A DNA stretch of 44,824 bases from a virus. Taxonomy: Duplodnaviria > Caudoviricetes. The stretch's first letter is position 1; every line of letters begins with the position of its first letter. Under the pieces are notes generated by a model that did not search any database, was not told the origin of the DNA, and was given only the letters and a program-made list of their open reading frames with translations. The stretch covers positions 1-44,824 of IMG/VR virus record IMGVR_UViG_3300033067_001991; one strand, 5' to 3'. Below are positions 1 through 9,411 of the stretch, piece by piece. The translations under genes and the position numbers were made by a program.

Positions 1-54
1 TCCACTTTGGTGGCGTTACCTGCGGGAACATATAGATTGGTCGGAATTAACTAG
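1..54 (+). CDS. C-terminal 17 codons (STLVALPAGTYRLVGIN*) of the fibre/virion protein that starts at 42770 and wraps across the window ends
   Basis: 42770-44824 is exactly 685 codons. Joining to position 1 gives ...ISATQVRI|STLVALPAGTYRLVGIN-TAG in frame. Confidence 0.85.
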   Translation, partial: STLVALPAGTYRLVGIN

Positions 55-90
55 GCTTAGCGGGACTACCGTTAAATAGGGGGATAAGAA

Positions 91-1002
91 ATGGAAGTAT
101 ATAGTGATTTAAAAGTGGCGGCCTTCGAGTCGCTCGCAAGTGATCCATCGGCGGGAGTCGCTGGACGATTCTTTTATAACTCCACTTCGGGTTTATTTAA
201 AATCGATAACGGAACAAATATCCGTGCGTTTTTATTAAACGATCAAAAACTAGTTATTGGTAATAGCGGAACCGCTTCGACAAACATACGTTTGAATCGT
301 GCGGCCACGACAGTTCTTCAATTTCTTCCGGGAAATGATGCGACTGCGGAAGGATCTCTTTCCACTACTTTAGCACAAATTTCTGCGCGGTTAGAAAACT
401 ATACCGACGGAACTAAACCTGCGGCCGGAAATGCGGGTCGAATTATTTATCTGACTGACCTCCAAACTTTCATGGGAGATAATGGAACCAGCTACGCTCC
501 TCTAGGGGGCGGGGGCGCAGGGGGCTCTCTGAAATGGGTGGAATCCACAACAATTGCACCCCTGTTAATTAATGAAGCGAACCTAGAAGTTTATTCGTTT
601 TCACTCGGAGATGCTGGAGCGCAAGCGCTCTACGCTGCAATCAAAGTTCCTTCTTCATACGTCGCAGGCCGACCGATAGTTTTAAAACTTCCAGTGTATT
701 CGGATCAAGCATCCGGAACTTTCTTGATACAAACTGTGGCTACTCTTATTAGAGTGGGAACGGATCTTTACAGCTCCACCACAAATCAAAGAACTTCGAC
801 GAACACTGCGATTACAGCAAGTGGTGGTAATCAAAATATACCTCAATCAGTATCACTTGATTTGACTTCGACAACGGGACAAATCAACGGCGTGAATGTT
901 TCAGGTGGGGATTACATTATTGTTAAACTTATCCGCGGGACTGACACGGTCACAACGGATGTTCGCACATTAAACTTTGCTTCGGAGGTCACATTATCAT
1001 GA
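91..1002 (+). CDS. Virion structural / tail-associated protein
   Basis: 303 aa, rich in G/T/S/N, beta-type composition; GGGGGA RBS; lies between two fibre genes. Confidence 0.6.
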   Translation: MEVYSDLKVAAFESLASDPSAGVAGRFFYNSTSGLFKIDNGTNIRAFLLNDQKLVIGNSGTASTNIRLNRAATTVLQFLPGNDATAEGSLSTTLAQISARLENYTDGTKPAAGNAGRIIYLTDLQTFMGDNGTSYAPLGGGGAGGSLKWVESTTIAPLLINEANLEVYSFSLGDAGAQALYAAIKVPSSYVAGRPIVLKLPVYSDQASGTFLIQTVATLIRVGTDLYSSTTNQRTSTNTAITASGGNQNIPQSVSLDLTSTTGQINGVNVSGGDYIIVKLIRGTDTVTTDVRTLNFASEVTLS

Positions 1003-2915
1003 AAAATATTTTTAAACTTTTATTTACTATTTGGTTTGCTCTCGCGCCAAACACGGTTCACGCACAACTCGCACCGGCGGCCATTAAACCACTTCCAACT
1101 TTTAATGCCATCGCAAACGGTGGTTTTGAGAATGGGAAAACTGGATGGCTTACATACAAGGATGCGGCTGGAGCATTACCTGTCGACGGAGTTTCTGGAA
1201 CGGCCACAACGGTTTCGTTCACAGCACCAACTACGACCCCACTTTTTGAAAAAGCCTCAGGACTTATTACTCACGCGGCCAGTAATGGTCAGGGCGAAGG
1301 GATTGCGTACGATTTTGTTGTAAATTCAGGGGATAAGGGAAAAGTTTTAGCTATCTCTGGAACATACCAAATTGCGAGTGGAACTTATTCCGGTGGAACA
1401 TCCACGACTGATTCCGATATTGAAGTCTACATTTATAATAAAGACACCGCGACTTTAGTTCAACCTTCGGGATATAAATTAGACGGTGGAGTTATTGGTG
1501 TAAACTATCCGATTGGGGCTACCTTTCAAACGGACATAACGTCAACAAATTACAGATTGATTTTCCACAACGCTACAACTACAGCGACAGCGTTTACAAT
1601 TAAACTTGATAGCCTTTATGTTGGCACACAAACCAAAGCGCAAGGGCCGCCGGTTACTGACTGGGTGTCGTACACTCCTACAGGAACTTGGGTAGCGAAC
1701 TCAACCTACACCGGAAGATGGCGACGTGTCGGCGATTCAATGGAAGGTATGATAAGTATTTCTACTTCCGGCGCTCCGACAGCCGCAGGCCTTATAGTTG
1801 ATATCCCCGCGGGATACACAATTGATACAGCAAAACACGCGCTAACAGGAAGTGCCGCCACTGGGTTCGGACAAGCCATCGACAGCGGTACTGTAGGATA
1901 TAATCTTCAAAACACTTACTCGGATTCAAATTCAGTAATTGTACTTTATCAAAACGATGGAACTCAAGGATCACAAGCACAAGTAACTAATACAGCCCCG
2001 TTTACTTTTGGATCTGGGGATATAGTTAACATAACCTATAAAGTCCCAATTACAGGCTGGTCATCAAGTGTGACTATGTCACAGGATTCGAGTAATGGTC
2101 GAGACGTCGCTTTAATCGTAACTAGAAATGGTGGATCATTTTCAGCCGATACAACCATTCCTTCTTGGTCGACTCCGGTAAAAGATACGCTCTCAGCTTT
2201 TAATGCCACCACCGGTGTTTTCACCGTGCCGGTTCCTGGACTGTATTTTGTAAATTTCACTTTCAGAGCAACGGCTACCGTAGCGGGTTCTGCGGCCGTT
2301 ATGAAAAATGGAGTTGAGGTATACGCAGGCCAAACAAATGATATTCTTACGACGAAATCAGTATCAGCATTGGTGGACTGTAAAGCTGGAGATACACTTT
2401 CGGTTACCTCTACAGTGGGCGCTACATTCGTGTCTTCGGATTTATTAAACTTCTTAAATATATTCAAACTCAGCAGTAACCAATCAATCGCAGCCAGTGA
2501 ATCGATTAATGCTAGATACACAAATACCGCGGGGACTACAATCAATACAGGTGTGACCACGATACCTTTCGCTACGAAAGTATATGACTCTCACGGAGCT
2601 TACGCATCCCCAACTTATACATGTCCTGCTCCTGGGAAGTATCAAGTATCTGTTAGCATAACAACGAACTCTATGACTTTAAGTACTACGCAAGCCATTG
2701 AATCGTATGTTTATAAAAATGGAGCTTTAAATCAGGTCTTTCCAAGGATAAACGGAACGGGCGGAGCCGGTAATAACTACGGCGTCGGCGGCACGGTTAC
2801 TGTGGATTGTTTGGCTGGAGAAACTCTAGACGTGAGAGCGCTCTCCAACGTATCGGTAAATATGATTACAAGTGCGGGATACAACACTTTAAGTATTCAG
2901 AGAGTAGGTAACTAA
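999..2915 (+). CDS. Tail fibre / receptor-binding protein with two C-terminal C1q/TNF-like domains
   Basis: Motifs FNATTGVFTVPVPGLYFVNF and YTCPAPGKYQVSV (C1q-like F-x-x-P-x-x-G-x-Y); YTPTGTW...YTGRWRRVGD fibre motif; ATGA overlap with the upstream gene. Confidence 0.7.
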   Translation: MKNIFKLLFTIWFALAPNTVHAQLAPAAIKPLPTFNAIANGGFENGKTGWLTYKDAAGALPVDGVSGTATTVSFTAPTTTPLFEKASGLITHAASNGQGEGIAYDFVVNSGDKGKVLAISGTYQIASGTYSGGTSTTDSDIEVYIYNKDTATLVQPSGYKLDGGVIGVNYPIGATFQTDITSTNYRLIFHNATTTATAFTIKLDSLYVGTQTKAQGPPVTDWVSYTPTGTWVANSTYTGRWRRVGDSMEGMISISTSGAPTAAGLIVDIPAGYTIDTAKHALTGSAATGFGQAIDSGTVGYNLQNTYSDSNSVIVLYQNDGTQGSQAQVTNTAPFTFGSGDIVNITYKVPITGWSSSVTMSQDSSNGRDVALIVTRNGGSFSADTTIPSWSTPVKDTLSAFNATTGVFTVPVPGLYFVNFTFRATATVAGSAAVMKNGVEVYAGQTNDILTTKSVSALVDCKAGDTLSVTSTVGATFVSSDLLNFLNIFKLSSNQSIAASESINARYTNTAGTTINTGVTTIPFATKVYDSHGAYASPTYTCPAPGKYQVSVSITTNSMTLSTTQAIESYVYKNGALNQVFPRINGTGGAGNNYGVGGTVTVDCLAGETLDVRALSNVSVNMITSAGYNTLSIQRVGN

Positions 2916-3322
2916 TGTTTAAGGTAGAAATAAAAAAAGGCGACGTTGTAACGAACGCTACTCAATTTGAAACGCAAGCTGAATGCGAAGCTTGGTACAA
3001 TGAAAATTTATCAGCTTTAGGTAAAGTTGATCGCTGGGTTAAGGAATCAGAACTTTTAGCTGAGCGCGAAGACATCACTAAGGCAGTTGAAGAAAAGACT
3101 GAGCAAGATCTCGGGGTCAATGTAAAACTTTATAAATTCTTAGCTGATCACACAGTTACCTATACAGACGTGTCGGCAGAGCGTTTGAGCGCAAAAGAAA
3201 AAGTTGATGCTCTAAAATATTTAGCTGAAACAGACTGGTACATAATTAGAAAATCTGAAACAGGGGTTGAAGTACCGGCTGAGATTTTAACACTTCGAGC
3301 CGCAGCTCGATTAAAAGCCTAA
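2915..3322 (+). CDS. Tail fibre assembly chaperone-like protein
   Basis: C-terminal YLAETDWYIIRKSETGVEVPAEILTLRAAAR motif typical of fibre chaperones; directly follows the fibre gene. Confidence 0.65.
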   Translation: MFKVEIKKGDVVTNATQFETQAECEAWYNENLSALGKVDRWVKESELLAEREDITKAVEEKTEQDLGVNVKLYKFLADHTVTYTDVSAERLSAKEKVDALKYLAETDWYIIRKSETGVEVPAEILTLRAAARLKA

Positions 3323-3330
3323 GGATATTA

Positions 3331-3756
3331 GTGAGACACACAAACGACGGGGACTGTGAAAAATGCAATCAAATATTTAATACCTACCCAGGTATTAATG
3401 CTGATTTATTTTCTTGGTTTAAAGTGTTTCAAGCACGATTCCCGGAGGCTCACATTTCCTGCGCAGGTCGTGGTCGAATAGCTCAAGAAGAATGTTTCCA
3501 ACGAGGAGCAAGTAAAGCCCACTTCGGACAAAGCGCACACAACTATAATTGCGCCATCGATTTGTTTGTAAACAAGCCTGAGAATATTTATCCGAAAGAT
3601 TGGTTCTTAGATATTTTAAAACCTGAAATTCCAGAATTTATTCAGTGGGGATTCAACTGGGTCACTTTCCCAGAGATGCCACATTTGGAAATTAAGGATT
3701 GGAAGCATCTAGTTTCCATTGGTGAGGCGAAACTTGTGGAGCCTAAGGATGGATGA
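3331..3756 (+). CDS. Endolysin, peptidase M15 family (L-Ala-D-Glu peptidase-like)
   Basis: R-x3-Q (GRGRIAQ), SAHNYNCAIDL (SxHxxxxAxD) and EMPHLE zinc-binding motifs; GTG start. Confidence 0.85.
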   Translation: MRHTNDGDCEKCNQIFNTYPGINADLFSWFKVFQARFPEAHISCAGRGRIAQEECFQRGASKAHFGQSAHNYNCAIDLFVNKPENIYPKDWFLDILKPEIPEFIQWGFNWVTFPEMPHLEIKDWKHLVSIGEAKLVEPKDG

Positions 3757-3991
3757 CAGGCTGGTAATTATTTGGTCCATCGTTTCAGCTCTTGGTGGAG
3801 GATTGTTACTGCTAATTTTATGGGGGATTAAAAAGCTAATCAACATGACGTTAGCTAACTCCACCCAGATTGAAGTACTGCATACGAAGATGAATATTGT
3901 TTTTAGGGATATTGATGGTGTTGCGGCCGTTGTCGGAACACAAAGAAGTAAAGGTAAAAAACTTAACGAAGGGGATGAAGATGAAGACTAG
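3749..3991 (+). CDS. Putative holin (single N-terminal TM)
   Basis: Hydrophobic LVIIWSIVSALGGGLLLLILWGI followed by a charged tail; overlaps the endolysin end. Start moved to ATG 3749. Confidence 0.5.
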   Translation: MDDRLVIIWSIVSALGGGLLLLILWGIKKLINMTLANSTQIEVLHTKMNIVFRDIDGVAAVVGTQRSKGKKLNEGDEDED

Positions 3992-4481
3992 ATTAGCGAT
4001 TTTTTTAATGGGATTCCTAATGGTATCACCATTAATGGCTCTCGAAGCTCCAAAACAACCTGTGGCTGTAATTTCGGAATCAGATAAAACGGTGGCGGTT
4101 AGTCCCACTCCAGCACCCATAGTGGCGGAAGATATTGCTCCGACCTCAGAAGAAACAAAAGTTTTGGTCCCTGAAAGTGCGGCACCACCTGAATGGTTAT
4201 CCGGCGCAATTGATAAAGCGTCATCGGTTCCGGTAATCGGGCCTTACGTTATAACGATTGCAAAATATCTTGGTGTGCTCGCATCCATTGTCACATTATT
4301 GGTTACATTTCTAATTGGGGCGATTAAAGTCTTGATGCCTGTTTTAAATTTAGTGAATTTAGAGCGAGCGGCAGCTTTCTTGTTTCGCTTCCAAACCTCG
4401 AAAATAATGTATTATTTGAAGTTTTTCTCCATGTATAACGCAAAAAAGAAGGAAAATGGAACAGATATCAAAGTTCCTTAA
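3981..4481 (+). CDS. Membrane protein of the lysis cassette (signal peptide, Pro/Ala/Glu-rich linker, TM segment)
   Basis: MKTRLAIFLMGFLMVSPLMA signal-like N-terminus; TM YLGVLASIVTLLVTFLIGAI; AAGGGG RBS before ATG 3981. Confidence 0.55.
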   Translation: MKTRLAIFLMGFLMVSPLMALEAPKQPVAVISESDKTVAVSPTPAPIVAEDIAPTSEETKVLVPESAAPPEWLSGAIDKASSVPVIGPYVITIAKYLGVLASIVTLLVTFLIGAIKVLMPVLNLVNLERAAAFLFRFQTSKIMYYLKFFSMYNAKKKENGTDIKVP

Positions 4482-4701
4482 CTGGTTGATGTACGAGCTT
4501 CCAAGTATCTTGGGGGCTTTTTTCATCGGCCGAAACCTGAGCTCCAAGGCGGAAGCCCAGCTTGAACGAGAGTTACTAGATTCTGAAACAAAAAGGAAGT
4601 TGTTAGAGAATGAACAAATTATCGATAAAATTAATCTTGAGTCTGATCCTGTCGATGTCCTCAATAAAATTGCAGGCCACGACGATGGGACCAAACGATA
4701 A
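4456..4701 (+). CDS. Putative i-spanin-like protein
   Basis: N-terminal hydrophobic stretch followed by a coiled-coil-like charged region; overlapped by the next gene. Confidence 0.4.
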   Translation: MEQISKFLNWLMYELPSILGAFFIGRNLSSKAEAQLERELLDSETKRKLLENEQIIDKINLESDPVDVLNKIAGHDDGTKR

Positions 4702-4918
4702 GGTTTGCTACACAAAACCAGAAGTCGATAAAATTGTGAGATACACACAAGACTGCGATCTTTGTAAATTGAATTATCAAACAATGACCGATCAATATAA
4801 TAAATGTTTAACCCTTTCCAAACCACAAGAGCCGCTAATCGGAAACAACTTAGTTTTTGTTTCCACGATTCTAACATCGATTTTAGTGGGTTTTTTGGTT
4901 GGCGCACAAACGAGGTAA
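4610..4918 (+). CDS. Exported Cys-containing protein with C-terminal TM (spanin-like position)
   Basis: Signal-like N-terminus, 4 Cys, C-terminal LVFVSTILTSILVGFLVGA; overlaps the previous gene by 92 nt in another frame. Confidence 0.45.
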   Translation: MNKLSIKLILSLILSMSSIKLQATTMGPNDKVCYTKPEVDKIVRYTQDCDLCKLNYQTMTDQYNKCLTLSKPQEPLIGNNLVFVSTILTSILVGFLVGAQTR

Positions 4919-4921
4919 TGG

Positions 4922-5302
4922 ATGCTTACACTAACGTATGGTTATTTAAAACCACAGTCCGGAGATAAAGGCGCGAGTCTTTTTACTGCTCTTGAGACGA
5001 ATATTCAAAAACTAAATGACCACACTCATAACGGATCAGACTCCTCACTCATTGATTCTAAAAGTGTTCTCGCCACCCCGCAAACTTTAAACGCTGGGGA
5101 CTGGGTTACTTACGGCGGACCTCCAGGATTTTACCGCCAACTAGTTACACTCCCAGTTGGATTTATGTTTGATACTGTACAGATTGGTTTCCGAGTTGGT
5201 GGGAGAGCAGCTCTTTTGGGGGTTGAGAAAGTCTCCTCCACAACATACTATTTATACACGATTGATAATACAATTTCACCCGTAGCTTTATATGGTGGTT
5301 AA
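4922..5302 (+). CDS. Virion structural protein
   Basis: GAGG RBS; NDHTHNGSDS motif seen in tail/fibre N-termini; TAATG coupling to the next gene. Confidence 0.55.
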   Translation: MLTLTYGYLKPQSGDKGASLFTALETNIQKLNDHTHNGSDSSLIDSKSVLATPQTLNAGDWVTYGGPPGFYRQLVTLPVGFMFDTVQIGFRVGGRAALLGVEKVSSTTYYLYTIDNTISPVALYGG

Positions 5303-7575
5303 TGGAATTAAGTGATTACAAAAATCCTTTAGAGGTTATCGATTTTTCCGGTGGGATCACTGACGATTTATTTTGGCAGGACCCTAAACGCGCAAGCATT
5401 ATTGATAATCTTTTAATTAAGTCTGATCGAACTTTAGATAACCGTCCGGGATCCGTGATTGATGATCTCACTAATTATTTAATTCCGGCCGGGAATCAGA
5501 AGATTAATACTTTAATTAACTATGCAAACTCAGATAAAATGTTTGTCCACTCTGCAAAGAAGTTTTACTATAGAAACCCTTCAGCTTACACCACCCTCCA
5601 AGGTCCTACTGGAAATGATGTTTTATCCGCAGGATCCACGGCAAGCTTTTTAAGTTATGATCAAAGTAATGGTCACATCTTTTTAACCAGTGACGCATAT
5701 CCAACACCACAGAAAATTTATAAAGATGAGCTTGGAAGTTACGAAGTACGAAGTGCGGGCCTTCCGGCACTAGCTTCATCTCCAATTATTTCCGGCGCAT
5801 CTGGGACTCATCAATATTTATATTCTTTTGCTTACGATTATCAATATCAAGTGGGGACTCCAACGGGAGCCACTTTATTTGAGGATATCGGACCAGTTAC
5901 ACAAGTTCTAGCGACCGCTTCAGAAGATCCCTCAATTTCTCCAAATAATATTACTGGGATTCCAGTTTTATCTAATGGCGCAACAAACAATTGGGATACT
6001 TCAAACATTAAGATTTTTATTTATCGAACACTCGATGGTGGTAATGTCGGATATAAAATTGGAGAAGTGACCAATGGGACGACAAGTTTTGTTGATAACA
6101 ATTCAGACACCACAATTCAAACCAATGCCACCCTTTATGTGGATGATGGGACTTTAGATTTTGACCCACCACCGATGAGTCGATATATCCACATCGTTAA
6201 TAACACCGGATACTACGCTTCTCTTTATGAAGGCGGACAAGAAAAAAGAACCACAGTTCGACAATCAATTCCTGGAGCTCCGGATAAAGTTCCACAAGCT
6301 TTTGATATCGTTGTTGAGGATAAAGTGACCGGGATGAGTTCTGCTCGTTCAAATCCGATCATTTTATGTGAGAAATTTATTTATAGAATTGAGCAAGCTT
6401 TTGACAATCTCGGCCGTAATGCTCCATTCACCACACGTCTATCGGACACGGCTGGGTGCGTCTCTCACGCCTCCATCGTTCAGGCTGAGAATGGAATTTT
6501 CTGGTTTGGAAATGATGGGGTTTATTATTGTGATTCGTACCAAACACAAAAAGTATCAGATGGGAATAATGAGCGCTATAAAGCACTTTTAGCGACTATT
6601 TCCGATCCAAGAAAAATTGTTGGAAAATTTGATGAAAAAGAACGTCGTATTTACTGGACCATTCAATCCAATTCGGCAAGCCTTGAGGTTGATACCCTTT
6701 TAGTTTTAGAGCTACGTTGGGGCGTTAAAGATGATATGCCTTTCCAAACGGCGAGCGGTAATTCTTTCAGACCAACTGCGATTGAGTTCTTTAATAAGAA
6801 GCTTTATCGCGGTGATCCTCGGGGTTATGTTTTTATTCACGATGATATCTACACGACTGATCCAAAAGTAAATACTTTAGCTGCGCCTAGTGCGTGGTCA
6901 AAAGAAACTATCATCTGGACGTATGAGTCGATCAATTATAATTTCGGCTCCACGCATCTTCGTAAGTACGTAACTAAAATGTTATTGACCGCAAAAAATA
7001 AAGATAACACCTCTATTCAAATTACCGCGATTAATGATGACGGTAAAATGGTTCGAGATTTAAAACCAATCCGTTGGAGAAGAAATTTCGTTTGGGGCGA
7101 TGATGATTTTTTCTGGGCATCACTTGATTGCGTTTGGAACTCAACCGGAATTATTGAGCAGCTTCGAAGAATGCCGGCAAAGGGGTTGAGACTATCTTAT
7201 CTTCGAGTGCGAATCACAAATGCCTTTAGTGTTGTTGCCAGCTCAAATTCTTATGGGCTTGCGAACTTCAACGCCTCATTAAATACAGCCACTCTTTTAA
7301 CCCCAGGAAATACCTGGCCGGCTGATTCGGTCGATTATTTTCTAACGACTGAAGTTGATAATTATCAAAAACAATTCCAAGTAACTTTAGTGAGTGGGGA
7401 CACGATCCAGGTCTTGGATGCGGGGAACCAATGGCCTCAAGGGAACTTTAAATGGGAGTTATTCGGTTATAAGAAAGGTGAGCCACTAAATCTCATTTCT
7501 TATAATGTGATTTGGGATAACTCAAGTCAGACACAAATGACCTATCAAGCTGGACAAGATGGCAGTATTACTTGA
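5302..7575 (+). CDS. Podovirus tail nozzle / head-closure protein (tail tubular protein B or P22 gp10-like)
   Basis: 757 aa; N-terminal DFSGGI and internal GCVSHASI...GIFWFGNDGVY motifs typical of beta-propeller nozzle proteins. Confidence 0.7.
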   Translation: MELSDYKNPLEVIDFSGGITDDLFWQDPKRASIIDNLLIKSDRTLDNRPGSVIDDLTNYLIPAGNQKINTLINYANSDKMFVHSAKKFYYRNPSAYTTLQGPTGNDVLSAGSTASFLSYDQSNGHIFLTSDAYPTPQKIYKDELGSYEVRSAGLPALASSPIISGASGTHQYLYSFAYDYQYQVGTPTGATLFEDIGPVTQVLATASEDPSISPNNITGIPVLSNGATNNWDTSNIKIFIYRTLDGGNVGYKIGEVTNGTTSFVDNNSDTTIQTNATLYVDDGTLDFDPPPMSRYIHIVNNTGYYASLYEGGQEKRTTVRQSIPGAPDKVPQAFDIVVEDKVTGMSSARSNPIILCEKFIYRIEQAFDNLGRNAPFTTRLSDTAGCVSHASIVQAENGIFWFGNDGVYYCDSYQTQKVSDGNNERYKALLATISDPRKIVGKFDEKERRIYWTIQSNSASLEVDTLLVLELRWGVKDDMPFQTASGNSFRPTAIEFFNKKLYRGDPRGYVFIHDDIYTTDPKVNTLAAPSAWSKETIIWTYESINYNFGSTHLRKYVTKMLLTAKNKDNTSIQITAINDDGKMVRDLKPIRWRRNFVWGDDDFFWASLDCVWNSTGIIEQLRRMPAKGLRLSYLRVRITNAFSVVASSNSYGLANFNASLNTATLLTPGNTWPADSVDYFLTTEVDNYQKQFQVTLVSGDTIQVLDAGNQWPQGNFKWELFGYKKGEPLNLISYNVIWDNSSQTQMTYQAGQDGSIT

Positions 7576-7601
7576 TCTTTTTTATGGTTTTTTAATAGAA
7601 T
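7572..7601 (+). promoter_or_regulatory. Putative sigma70 promoter
   Basis: TTGATC-N18-TAGAAT in the short gap before 7614. Confidence 0.4.
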
Positions 7602-7613
7602 GGAAGTACTAGC

Positions 7614-8315
7614 ATGGCATTTAAAACGTTATTAGATTTGACAACAAAAATCGAGAAAGACCTGGACCTTGAGGAAGAAGAATTTGTCCAGCCTCAGGAA
7701 TTAATAGAATATATTAATGATGCCATTTCTATGTCCGAAGCTCAGATCGTAAAACTGGGTCTGCGTGATAAATACTTTCTTACCCGATCAACAATTAATA
7801 TTGTGGCCGGCCAAGAAGACTACGACCTACCTCCAAACCTTTACGCAAATAAAATCGTTAAAATTATTTACCAAAATGGAGCGACCCTTTACACGGTGAA
7901 ACCAATCGATGCCAAAGAAATGTTTGAAGACATTCAATTTTTAAATAAATACACCACCACAGAATTTTATCGATATTTAATACGCCATGACTCTCCTGGA
8001 GTTGAGAAGCTCCAAATTGTTCCCAAGGCGGTTTTAAGCGTTGCAAACGCACTCACTGTTTGGTTTTACCGTGACGCCAATAAATTGACGGTCGATACTG
8101 ACATCTGTGATTTACCAGAAATTTGTTATCAATTTATTTATCAATCCGTACGAACAAGAGTTTATGAAAAAGAACGTGGTCAGGCATGGCGTGAAGCGAT
8201 GTCGGATTTAAAAGTTATCAGCGATCTTATGATCGACACTCTCACTCAACAAATCGTTGATAGCGATTTGACCAGTGTGGAGCAAGACATGAGTGTATAT
8301 GGGGAGCACAGCTAA
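7614..8315 (+). CDS. Head-tail adaptor (tail tubular protein A / gp4-like)
   Basis: TLLDL...ELIEYINDA...AGQEDYDLP...DLPE pattern of podovirus adaptor proteins; 233 aa. Confidence 0.7.
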   Translation: MAFKTLLDLTTKIEKDLDLEEEEFVQPQELIEYINDAISMSEAQIVKLGLRDKYFLTRSTINIVAGQEDYDLPPNLYANKIVKIIYQNGATLYTVKPIDAKEMFEDIQFLNKYTTTEFYRYLIRHDSPGVEKLQIVPKAVLSVANALTVWFYRDANKLTVDTDICDLPEICYQFIYQSVRTRVYEKERGQAWREAMSDLKVISDLMIDTLTQQIVDSDLTSVEQDMSVYGEHS

Positions 8316-8989
8316 TGGCACAAAAAACACAAAAAATAGGATCAGGTATGTCAGACGTTTATACACCGGAACAATTTAATAAAAATCGACTTTCTCCCTA
8401 TGAGGAGCTTGCAGGAGTTACAACCGGACAATATTTTAATAGTGCGACCGGTGATGATGGTCAGCTTAAGCAAGGGTTTCGAGTTGACCCATATAACGGC
8501 GATGCACTTCAAATGATTAAGCAGCAAGCCATGTCGCAAGGCCCATCAGCGTGGGCTCAAATGCAAACTCAAGCACAACAACAAATGCAGAACCAAGCCT
8601 CAGATCAAGCAATGAAACAGGGGATGCAGGCACAAAGCGGCGCACTTTCAAACTTAGCTCGTCAAGGCGGAGCAGGCGGAGGAGCGGCCGCACTTCTCGC
8701 AAGATCAGGAGCTCGTGAACAATTCGGCGCTCAACAAGGAATCGCTCAACAAGGCATTCAATCTAAACTTGGAATCAATGCGACTGACGCTCAAAATAAA
8801 CAAACACTCCTTGGAAAACTTGGGGATGTGGAAACCGGCGCCAACGCGGCCAATGCTCAAACTCAAAAAGAAAATTTACTTGCTAGAAATGCTTTCGACG
8901 TAAATCGGTACAACCAACAAATGGCAGCTTGGGGCGCAAAAGAAACGGCCCAAGGTATGCGATCAGCAGGCGGAGGCGGCAAGAAGTGA
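8315..8989 (+). CDS. Internal virion / DNA ejection protein
   Basis: Q/A/G-rich helical low-complexity protein ending GGGGKK, downstream of the adaptor. Confidence 0.55.
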   Translation: MAQKTQKIGSGMSDVYTPEQFNKNRLSPYEELAGVTTGQYFNSATGDDGQLKQGFRVDPYNGDALQMIKQQAMSQGPSAWAQMQTQAQQQMQNQASDQAMKQGMQAQSGALSNLARQGGAGGGAAALLARSGAREQFGAQQGIAQQGIQSKLGINATDAQNKQTLLGKLGDVETGANAANAQTQKENLLARNAFDVNRYNQQMAAWGAKETAQGMRSAGGGGKK

Positions 8990-9411
8990 ATATTCATGTT
9001 CTCTCTCTAGACGATTGGAAAGTGATGAGTAAGAATGCTCACTCGCTTTGCTTTGAGGATGAACAGGATCCATCAATTCTTACGTGTTCTTACGTACTTT
9101 TTTTAACAGATAAATCCGACACTCCAGCGGGATACGCGACCGTGATTGAAATTAACACTTTAAGTGCATACCTTCAACACGGCGGGGCCATGCCACATTT
9201 GCGTGGAACAAGTGGTGCCGCGGTAGCGTATAAAACCACAATTGATTTTGTTAAGCAGAAATATGAGAAGCTCTCAACTAAAATTAGAAATGATAATATT
9301 CGAATGCTTCGACTTGCTATGAGCGAAGGTTTCAGGATTTGTGGAGTTGAATCTACAGATGGTGAAACTTACGTTCTTCTTTCTTGGGGGCGTGATGTCC
9401 AGCTTAGCTGA
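8986..9411 (+). CDS. GNAT-family acetyltransferase
   Basis: PHLRGTSGA (motif A-like) and NDNIRMLRLAMSEGF (motif B); GTGA overlap start at 8986. Confidence 0.7.
   Translation: MNIHVLSLDDWKVMSKNAHSLCFEDEQDPSILTCSYVLFLTDKSDTPAGYATVIEINTLSAYLQHGGAMPHLRGTSGAAVAYKTTIDFVKQKYEKLSTKIRNDNIRMLRLAMSEGFRICGVESTDGETYVLLSWGRDVQLS

Noticed and set aside
55-82. Pistol-ribozyme-like CGTTAAATAG after a hairpin
   Set aside because: The gap is only 36 nt and lacks the pseudoknot and downstream helices; it is more simply a small hairpin before the RBS.
999-2915. Diversity-generating retroelement or invertible fibre cassette
   Set aside because: No reverse transcriptase, no adenine-variant template repeat, and no inverted alternative fibre ends were seen.
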